The notes under the pieces: model-generated
What the model saw: the letters and a program-made list of their open reading frames with translations, nothing else
The model's database searches: none
What the model was told of the DNA's origin: nothing
Made by a program: the position numbers and the translations under genes
Shown here: in pieces, positions 54,768-64,000 of the stretch
How the letters are laid out: each line of letters opens with the position of its first letter
Numbering within the stretch: position 1 is the first letter of the stretch
From: Felis catus
Lineage: Eukaryota
NCBI RefSeq assembly: GCF_018350175.1
Contig: NC_058368.1
Coordinates: 228,100,001-228,164,000, forward strand
Length of the DNA stretch: 64,000 bases
Reading direction: 5' to 3'

Positions 54768-55909
54768 GAAGAGAGGGGTAGAAGAGAGAAGAAAGTTACG
54801 GATGACTCCCAGGTTTCTTTTCCTCATTTATCAGTGTATCAAATACTTACAAATAAGGACACTGTGCCATATACCTTTCTGGACCCTGAGGTTGTAGTGA
54901 TGAACAAGATAAACAAAATGTCTTTCCTCTTTACATTCCAGTGGGAGACACAGTACTCAGATAAACAAATATACCAATTTTTGTTAACTACACCGGGGTC
55001 CATCTCACCAAAACAGTGGTTGAAGTGGGAACCCAGGTGAAGGAAATCCGAGAGTGTGTGGGTGGCGAAACACAACAAAGATTATCTGTAGTTCTTTAGA
55101 CTGATTTTTTGGGGGAGACAGAAAATTCTAGATAAAATTGTAAATCACACAACATAGTATATATGACTTATTAAGAAGTTATCAGGACTGGCTGGAGGAG
55201 GCAGAATGGGGGCAGTTTAAGAGTTTGTGACATGAATCCCCCTGAGAAAGACAAATAACTGACCTTGGGAATATCATTGTCCAGGGAGGAGGAGATACAT
55301 CAAATAGGAGTATGGGAATTAGAAGAGAGAGAATGTACTGATGTTGGATGGGGAAATGTTTGGACGGGACAGTCGGGTCATTGGTGTAGATCCCTGAAAT
55401 GGGTGCCCAGCAGGGGGTGCAGACTTTGGGGTAAGAGGCATTTATGTTGGATATGTTGACTTCGTGATGCCAAGTATGGATCATCCGAGTGCGGAAGTGC
55501 AGCTGGAGATACTAGTCCACATATGTGGTTTTCCCAAACATTTCCAAATAGTTATGTGATGGAGTAGAACCTACAGTTCTTGTGCTTCCGAACTCTAGGA
55601 GGTCTCCTCAAACTCCAGATGCATTAGGTAATGATTTAATGGGTAGCAGTTCTAAAATCAGAAAGGTCTCAACTCCAGGGTCAGAAGCTGCTTCATTTTA
55701 CTCCCTCTTGTTTTTTGTTTTTTTTTTTTTGTCAGCTTAGCCTTTTTATAACATATATAGCTTACTAACGATTTCCTGTTATTTTGAAAAAAAAAATAGG
55801 GTCACCGTGAAGGGGAAAAAAGTGCAGGTGTGGGACTATTACTCCATATCACTTCACCTATCCCACCTGTGGCCTTTTACCTCTTAGGTGGCGCCCAAGA
55901 CATAAAATC

Positions 55910-56127
55910 TTTTTTTTTTTTAATGTTTATTTTTGAGAGAGAGAGAAAGAGAGAAAGAGAGCGAACGAGCTTGAGTGGGGAGGGGCAGAGAGAGAGGGAG
56001 ACACAGAAGCTGAAGCAGGCTCCAGGCTCCGAGCTGTCAGCACAGAGCCCGATGTGGGGCTCAAACTCACAAACCGCGAGATCATGACCTGAGTCCAACA
56101 CTTAACTGAGAGCCACTCAGGCGCCCC
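55910..56127 (-). mobile_element. SINEC
   Basis: TSD aagacataaaa(t/c)ctt. Confidence 0.92.
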
Positions 56128-56679
56128 AAGACATAAAACCTTCATGTGTTTATGAGGTCTCATTAATAGACAAGGGAATATCTGGAAGGCTCTAGCTTGC
56201 CATAGGAAGGTGTCAGGAGATTATGAATTGCCTTACACATTTAAATTCATTGAAAAGCAGAGCTAAATTTAGCCAGTTCATTACTTTAAACAGCTTGCTT
56301 TTATTTCAGGGAAATAGGAAATTCTTTTTGCCATTGTACTGTTGTCGTGAGAGATTTACTTTGTAATTGAATGAGTTGTGATATATTTATATATCTTTAT
56401 ATTTGGAAATGGTGAAAAAATGTCGTATCTCTTGCCCTTATTCATTAAAATGGTGATGGGAAATTATAATTTGAAATGACCAAACTGCAAAGATTTCCGA
56501 GGACAAATATATGACTTTTTGCTTCTATGTTGGCCTTAGTTTGTGGTTGTGTCTTCGATTACTGAAGTCATTCTTAACTAGTTTGCTCTTCATCATGAAA
56601 TAAGTAAGCTTTTTTGGATAGGAGGAGGATGCATTTTGGGTCAATGTATCTTCACTTTCTCCTACATTTATACACTATC

Positions 56680-56902
56680 TTTTTTAAATGTTTATTCATT
56701 TATTTTGAGAGAGAGAAAGAGAGTGAGAGAGCATGCACACCATCTGGGGTGGGGCAGAGAGAGAGGGAGAGAGAATTCCAAGCAGGCTCCACACTGTCAG
56801 CCCAGAGCCCATCGCAGGGCTTGATCTCATGAGCCAGGAGATCGTGACCTGAGCTGAAATCAAGAGTCAGATGCTTAACCGACTGAGCCACCCAGGTGCC
56901 CC
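56680..56902 (-). mobile_element. SINEC
   Basis: Full antisense SINEC. Confidence 0.88.
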
Positions 56903-57117
56903 TACATTATCTTTAACACAACTTAAAATCTTGGATCAGTAAATTGCTACAGTGGTAGGTATGGAACGAGGTCTTTAAGACTGAGCTTCTAGAGCATGAG
57001 GACCATGAAGCCTTTTCTGTTATTTGTGTGCTAGCTCTGGTTACTCAGGGCATACATTTTGAATGACTGGTTGATTTCCAAACCACACGGTACTACCCTT
57101 GAAATGATCGACAGTCT

Positions 57118-57336
57118 GGGGGCGCCTGGGTGGCGCAGTCGATAAGCGCCCGACTTCAGCCAGGTCATGATCTCGCGGTCCGTGAGTTCGAGCCCCGCGT
57201 GGGGCTCTGGGCTGATGGCTCAGAGCCTGGAGCCTGTTTCCGATTCTGTGTCTCCCTCTCTCTTCTGCCCCTCCCCCGTTCATGCTCTGTCTCTCTCTGT
57301 CCCAAAAATAAATAAACGTTAAAAAAAAAAAAAAAA
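57118..57336 (+). mobile_element. Young SINEC_Fc-type SINE
   Basis: TSD gaaatgatcga(c/t)agtct. Confidence 0.93.
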
Positions 57337-58113
57337 GAAATGATCGATAGTCTGGGTCCCTCCCCAGGTTTCCCTTACTTCTCCCAATACTCCCTTTTTT
57401 CATATTGCTAGGAAGTGTGGTTTTTAAAATTTTTTTGTTTTTGTTTGTTTGTTTGTTTGTCTTTTAAATAGAGCCCAGTATAGTTAGTCTTCTTTACCAC
57501 CTAAACTCAGAATGGAGAAATGAGAGAGACCCAGCGGGGCGTGGTTTGCTATTTTGTATCAGGGGTGAGAGGTGATTCACTGTACTTGCAGCTGTCCCAA
57601 AGCGTTGGATCTGGATTGTGTCCACTACAGAAGCCCGTGGGTGGCCTTTTCAATGGAGACAGAGCAGTCTTCACGTTGGGACGGGCTGTGTGGCTCAGAG
57701 CACCGACCTAGGAAGCTTCTTGGACGGTTGCCCTGTTTAATTTTGTCCCTGATTTACAGGGAAACTTTTAGAAGGGCTAAATTCTTCGAATAATGGGGCT
57801 GGGGAATGCAGTGTCATCCGTATAAGAACAATGAGACAAAATCTTTAGGAATAGACTAAGGAGTCTCATCCCACTCAAAATTTACAGTAATTAGAATTTC
57901 ATGTACTCCAAAATTAAAGCAGATTTTCAAAGGTGAACATTATTGCAAGACACTTTAGGCACTTCATGCCCTGGTTTCCAGAATTAAGGAGAGTTTTGGG
58001 GGGTGTCTGTGAGTAATTCCTGTCAATTCAGATGTTCCTAGATTTTAAAAATCATTCACCGTGTCTTAGGGTATATTTTCACAAATCTTTCTGTTGGTTT
58101 TCTTGTTTTGCAG

Positions 58114-58236
58114 AGGACCGTAGAGAGCTACGTGGATAAACGCATGGGTACAACGTATGGCCCTCCTGCAGGAAAGAAGATGACTGTTTTTATTGATGAT
58201 GTGAATATGCCAGTAATCAATGAGTGGGGCGATCAG
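58114..58236 (+). CDS. DNAH5: DNAH5 exon ~48 (123 nt)
   Basis: tgcag|AGG..CAG|gtata; [10 protein letters not shown]...[23 protein letters not shown]. Confidence 0.95.
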
Positions 58237-58413
58237 GTATATTGATTCCATTGCACACTTTATGTCAGCTCAACATTGATGAGTAAATATTTTTCTACTT
58301 TTTCAATATGCTGTTACTGAATTCCAAGAAATTCCATTATTTGGCAACATCGAGGCATTAGCTTCTGGGATGTAGAGGAGTGACCTTTAAATTCTGAACG
58401 TTGTCTTTCTTAG

Positions 58414-58627
58414 GTTACTAATGAGATAGTACGACAGCTGATGGAACAGAATGGGTTTTATAACCTGGAGAAGCCTGGGGAGTTCACCAGCATTGTGGAC
58501 ATCCAGTTTTTGGCAGCCATGATCCATCCTGGGGGTGGACGCAATGATATTCCCCAAAGACTCAAAAGACAGTTCTCTATATTCAACTGCACGTTGCCTT
58601 CTGATGCTTCCATGGACAAGATCTTTG
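58414..58627 (+). CDS. DNAH5: DNAH5 exon ~49 (214 nt)
   Basis: cttag|GTT..G|gtaaa; VTNEIVRQL...[16 protein letters not shown]. Confidence 0.96.
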
Positions 58628-58877
58628 GTAAAATGGTGTCAGTGGGGCACGGGGAGGGAGTAATACCTACTTGCATTCCAATGAGAAGATATCTACCCAG
58701 AGGTCAACACAGAAGGGGCATTGGGTGGCTCTTCAGTCCTTTTTACCATGTACTCTCAAGTAGTGTTTATATCAGGATTTTGTTTCTATAAGGAATTTTT
58801 ATATATATGTACTGAATTGGGTGCCTAGGTAGATCCTTTCTACCTTTGTTTTTCTTAAAGTGACTGTTGCCAGCTTC

Positions 58878-59108
58878 TTTTTTTTTTTTTTTTAATTTTT
58901 TTTTTTCAATATTTATTTTTTTTGGGACAGAGAGAGACAGAGCATGAACAGGGGAGGGGCAGAGAGAGAGGGAGACACAGAATCGGAAACAGGCTCCAGG
59001 CTCTGAGCCATCAGCCCAGAGCCCGACGCGGGGCTCGAACTCACGGACCGCGAGATCGTGACCTGGCTGAAGTCGGACGCTTAACCGACTGCGCCACCCA
59101 GGCGCCCC
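58878..59108 (-). mobile_element. Young SINEC_Fc-type SINE
   Basis: TSD tgttgccagcttctt. Confidence 0.93.
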
Positions 59109-59404
59109 TGTTGCCAGCTTCTTAACCAAGGAGGCTAAACATTAAATGAACGTGAAGATGATGAGATTGTTTCCTCATGGATATACGTATTTCAGGTCCA
59201 ATTGATAGACTACCATGCCAAAAGTTTATGTGGCTGAGACTTTAACCAAGCCACATAATGATTTTGGCCAAAGCAATAGTTTTGCCCATAGCAGAGATTA
59301 GCCAGAGTCTGATCATCAGAGTAATTTACAGGATTGTAATAAGTTACTGATTGATTAAATATGTAGTATTTCAGAAATAATATCTAGCCCAGGAGATAAA
59401 CACC

Positions 59405-59521
59405 ATATATCTATATAGATAAACACTATATATCTACATATCTAACATATCTATATATCTATATCTATATATCTATATCTATATCTATATCTATATCTAT
59501 ATCTATATCTATATCTATATC
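59405..59521. repeat. (TATATC)n hexanucleotide microsatellite
   Basis: ~11 perfect units plus degenerate units. Confidence 0.9.
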
Positions 59522-60298
59522 GACACTAGCCCAGGAGATAACTATGATTGTCAAACTGAATAATGAAAAGAGTTTATAGTTGATTTTGTAGTTTCTCTTT
59601 GCAGAAAAAGAGTGTAAAGTTATGTACGCGTTGTGTTAGGTGTTAACTTACCATTTCTGAAACTACTACTGAGAGAAAATGCATTAGGATACCCTAATTA
59701 ATTGCTGGCAGACTAGAATGTCATCTCAGCACCCTGGGCTAGTGGGGTTTGGCCATATCTGCCTTCAATCATGATAGTGGGCAAAAGTTTGGAAACCAAG
59801 TGATATGGGAATTGTCTAAACCTGGGAAAATTACAATGGACCAGAAAAAAAAAAGACTCTGATCAATTTTAATTATTCTTTTTTTTGCCTAGAAAGTTTT
59901 ACACACAAAGTAAATTAAAATATTTTGTAATGCTTGGAAAGGCAACAGTAGAATGGAGAAATCTTCAGGGTTCCCGGCACCTCCCTTTTCCTTATGTCTT
60001 TCGAAAGCACCTGTATATATTTAACGTCACCCACTTAATAATACTGAATTCATTTACCTAGAGTTTTCAATAGTGTTTCTTAACCAACTTTTCGGTATTA
60101 GGATGCTAACTTCCTTGAGCCTATATCTATTTTTTAGATTAAAAAAATAAGAGAACACGAATGTAAATTTCTTTGATATGTGGCCATCGATTATACTGTA
60201 TATAATAATTGTGCAAACTCTATAGTATAATGTTTTCCATTTTAATTTCACTGACTTGAACCATCACTCAGAATGTTACGACTTTTTTCCCCTTTCAG

Positions 60299-60522
60299 GT
60301 GTGATTGGGGTAGGCCACTATTGCAGTCAGAGGGGCTTCTCAGATGGCGTGAGAGATTCAGTAAAGAAATTGGTCCCCCTGACACGTCGACTGTGGCAGA
60401 TGACCAAGATGAAGATGCTCCCTACCCCTGCAAAATTCCATTATGTGTTTAACCTTCGAGATCTTTCCAGGATCTGGCAGGGAATGCTGAACACCACCTC
60501 AGAGGTTATCAAGGAACCAGAT
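60299..60522 (+). CDS. DNAH5: DNAH5 exon ~50 (224 nt)
   Basis: ttcag|GT..GAT|gtaag; [22 protein letters not shown]. Confidence 0.96.
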
Positions 60523-62180
60523 GTAAGTGAAATGTAAGAGGAGAAAATAAATGGCATCGTTATTTATTCTATTCCCTAAACTGTTATTCGTAATGTAATG
60601 TTTAGTGGGATGATGAAATATTTTGGGATGTTTTAGCATGCATTTTTTTTCTGCCTTTCAACTAACATAAATAAGGGAAAAGTACATCAGGAAGTTTCTT
60701 TTAAAAAATTCCAATTAAATTTATATTTAAGGAAATAGTATACATAGTTATTTTCTAATGAATGGAATAAAGTAAACAATTGATCTTATTTTCCCATTAT
60801 ATTTTTCTTATACTAAATAATGGAAAGAATCAGTATTGATTTTATTATGTAATAGTCTCCATATTTTAAACTTGACATCTTAGCTTTAAAAAAGTAATTA
60901 TCTTTATAAACACTCAAAATTGAAGAGACCATTTTGTTGTTAATCATCCACGATCTTTCTTTTCCGTGTAACTAGATGAACTAAAACAATTATGTATATT
61001 GGCATAATTAAGAAGAGGCAGAAGAGTAGAAAGTCCATTTGGCTGAGAAATGAGCATTTGTACACACACTTGAATATAACAGTTCCTAGCATTAAAAGAA
61101 TTCTCTTCAAACTAGAAACATTATGGAAAAATTCCAAAGCATGGCCTGTGTGCTCAGGCTAAGGTAATATTGGCTTCCCTTTTAGCTTTTTATGGAATGG
61201 AGAAGGTAATTAAGCAAATTGGCTTTAGGGATTTGTCCACATCAATACACAGGAACAGTTGAGATATCAAACAAACCGTCACTAGGCATATTGAGTAGTG
61301 ACTATAAAAAAAAAAAAACCCAGCTTTGCCCCAGATGCTCACAAAGTAGGTAACCACATGGCTGACTCCAAAGAAAGACGTTTTGGGGAAAACTCACTTT
61401 CCTTGTTACAGAGAATGGAAAATAATTTTAGCAGCAGGGAACATTTTATCTTGGTTTTTTTCCCCTCAAAGTCATTGACACATTAGTGGCCATGCAGAAT
61501 GCAGTTCCCCAATATTATTTTTTGAGTAGCCAGATTTTGATGCTTACTTGAAATCATCATAAATATTTCCAGCAATTGATGTTGTCATGAACTTCTGTCT
61601 TAATTAACTGAATCATTGAATATATTTTACTAAATTCCTTTTAAATTTTGGTAACCAAACATAACCAATAGCATTTTATCATTAGTAGTATAATAGCTTA
61701 AAAACCCCCTAACCTGCAAAATGTTAGCAAGCTCAGAAATTTCCACCAGTCTTTCATATCAGATAAACTTGCTATAGAAACAAGTGTATCGAGCAATTAA
61801 TATCCTCAACTTCCAATGAACTTTGCACCTTGGATTACATAGACTAGGTGATTGTTTTGTTCAGATCATCCAGACTTTTGCTGCAAATTTCCTTCACATC
61901 GTGTTAAGTAAACATACCCTTCTAATACTCAGTTATATATGTGAAAATTATTTATACACTACATTTTATTTTCTGCTCTGGCCACATGAATGTAGGTGTC
62001 TTATCCAAACAGACTAATTTATCACAGGTTTAAGACTTTTATGTAGCATATTACCTTGTTGGTTAATCAGAGTCATTTTAGTGATTTGTCTAGGTTTGTT
62101 TTCATTTTAATGTAAAGACTGAACATGAATAGACACTACTCTATTTGATATACTTGATTAGAACAACTTGAAATAAAATA

Positions 62181-62398
62181 TTTTTTTTTAAGTTTATTTT
62201 TTGAGAGAAAGAGAAAGAGAGTGAGAGTGTGTGTGCGGGTTGGGGAGGTGCAGAAAGAGAGGGGGACAGAGTATCCAAAGAGGGCTGTACTCTGACAGCA
62301 GAGAGCCTGATGTGGGGCTCAAACTCACCAGCCACAAGATCGAGATCATGACCTGAGTCGAAGTTGGATGTTTAACCAACTGTGCCAACCAGGCACCC
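62181..62398 (-). mobile_element. SINEC
   Basis: Antisense SINEC; TSD-like tgaaat(aaaa/gaag)tat. Confidence 0.85.
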
Positions 62399-62444
62399 TG
62401 AAATGAAGTATGTTTTAACCTTAAGTTTTAATTTTTTAAAAAAT

Positions 62445-62508
62445 GTTTTTAATGTTTATTTCTGAGAGAGAGAGCAAGAGAGAGAGCGAGAGAGAGAGAG
62501 AGAGAGAA

Positions 62509-62547
<39 letters not shown>

Positions 62548-62711
62548 GCGCCTGAGCGGAGGAGGGGCAGAGAGAGAGGGAGACACAGAATCCAAAACAG
62601 GCTCCAGGCTCTGAACCATCAAGTCCCACGTGGGGCTCAAACTCATGGACCTCGAGATCATGACTTGAGCCGAAGTTGGAGGCTTAACCAACTGAGCCAC
62701 CCAGGTGCCCC
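62445..62711 (-). mobile_element. SINEC with ~80-nt (GA)n
   Basis: TSD taacctt(a/c)agtttt. Confidence 0.88.
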
Positions 62712-62836
62712 TAACCTTCAGTTTTTAAAATGTAGCATCTTAGATCAGGAAGGATGGTGCTCTATAATTTTGTCAATTTGATTCCCAACTATGGCAAATA
62801 GGAACGAATAACACATTTTAATTCTGTTTTCAACAG

Positions 62837-63036
62837 GATCTGTTAAGGCTGTGGAAGCATGAGTGTAAACGTGTTGTAGCTGATCGTTTCACAGTTTCCG
62901 GTGATGTGACCTGGTTTGATAAGGCTTTAGTACGTTTGGTGGAGGAGGAGTTTGGTGAAGAGAAAAAAACCCTTGGTGGACTGTGGATCTGATGCTTATT
63001 TTGTGGATTTCCTGAGGGATGCACCTGAAGTGACAG
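62837..63036 (+). CDS. DNAH5: DNAH5 exon ~51 (200 nt as given), +1 frameshift at A7 run 62963-62969
   Basis: aacag|GAT..G|gtaaa. [18 protein letters not shown]...EEEFGEEKK is in frame 0 and [20 protein letters not shown] is in frame +1. Frame 0 reaches TGA at 62990-62992. Confidence 0.9.
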
Positions 63037-63471
63037 GTAAAGAAGTGAAGCAGAATTTGAAATTCCCCAAAGGGATACTTGAAGACAGAAGGTTCAGGTT
63101 AGGGATGTTGTTTCTGACTAGGAAAGTTTACTGAAACAAGCCTGGGACATAGTAGTTGCTCAATAAATACAGAATGCGTGGATACTGATGGAGCTCAAAG
63201 ATGAACTATTTTTTATACCTCTCAATCCTGCATATAAAGTAGATTTAGGAGGCAGGATAGGGTAGAAGAAAGTGCCCAGGATTTGTAGCTGTCACACAGT
63301 GGTAGGTTTGTGGAAGGGATCTACCACACGTTAGCTGGATGACTCTCTGGACTTGAACCTCATTCTCCTCCCTTAGGAAAATGGAAATAGTAATATATGC
63401 GTCATGGGGCACTGCGGGAAATAAATGAAATATTATCTGAAGAGTGGCTTGGCAGTCTGCAGAATGGAAGG

Positions 63472-63715
63472 TAGCAAAAACCTTAGTTTACGAACATAAT
63501 TCGTTCCGGAAACGTGCTTGTAATCCAAAGCACTCGTATGTCAAAGAGAATTTCAAGAACCATTGGCTCGGTTGAGATCACGTGATATTCGGCGACGCGT
63601 ACTGCTCATATTGCAAGACATCGCTTGTTTATCAAGATAAAATTCATTAGAAATGTTTGCTCATCTCGTGGAACACTCACAGAACAGGGTACTCGCAGTC
63701 CATGGTTTTCCTGTA
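63472..63715. mobile_element. Tc1/mariner (Tigger-like) non-autonomous DNA transposon
   Basis: Imperfect TIRs (tagcaaaaaccttagtttacgaac vs revcomp caggaaaaccatggactgcgagt), TA at right end. Confidence 0.6.
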
Positions 63716-64000
63716 ATTGTTATTTGGGTCATCCCGAGTGTTGAAATTAGAAAAGCCTCACATACATGAGAAAGCCATTGAATCTAATGGGAAAGAGGTG
63801 GGTGATGTGGCCATAAGCTTTCGTGGTTATGGTTCTATGAAAAATTGAGAGATATATTGCTTCTCTTCTTATGCAAAGAGGTAGTGCTCCAATTACTTTT
63901 TTCCTTCAGAAATAACTGAGTGTAAGTAGACTATTTCTCTTTCACTTAATTACCTTTTTTTAAAAATACTGGAAGTGAATTTTAAGTTAATTTCCATATT

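Overview
Felid (cat-family) genomic DNA holding the middle of the axonemal outer-arm dynein heavy chain gene DNAH5 on the + strand. There are 25 GT-AG coding exons, about exons 27-51 by human numbering recalled from memory, covering the distal tail/linker and AAA1-AAA3 up to just before AAA4. The first 24 exons splice into an uninterrupted 4,332-nt (1,444-codon) frame. The last exon (62837-63036) has an A7 run where the frame needs A6, giving a +1 frameshift and a TGA at 62990-62992. This is either a loss-of-function allele or a homopolymer assembly error, and it is the main finding. The introns hold about 33 carnivore SINEs (many are young, near-identical SINEC_Fc-type copies with clean TSDs, in both orientations), truncated L1s, L2/MIR, MLT/MER21-type LTRs and DNA-transposon relics. 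I found no prokaryotic-type system and no independent novel gene. Repeat family names come from recognition rather than a database search, and their boundaries are approximate.
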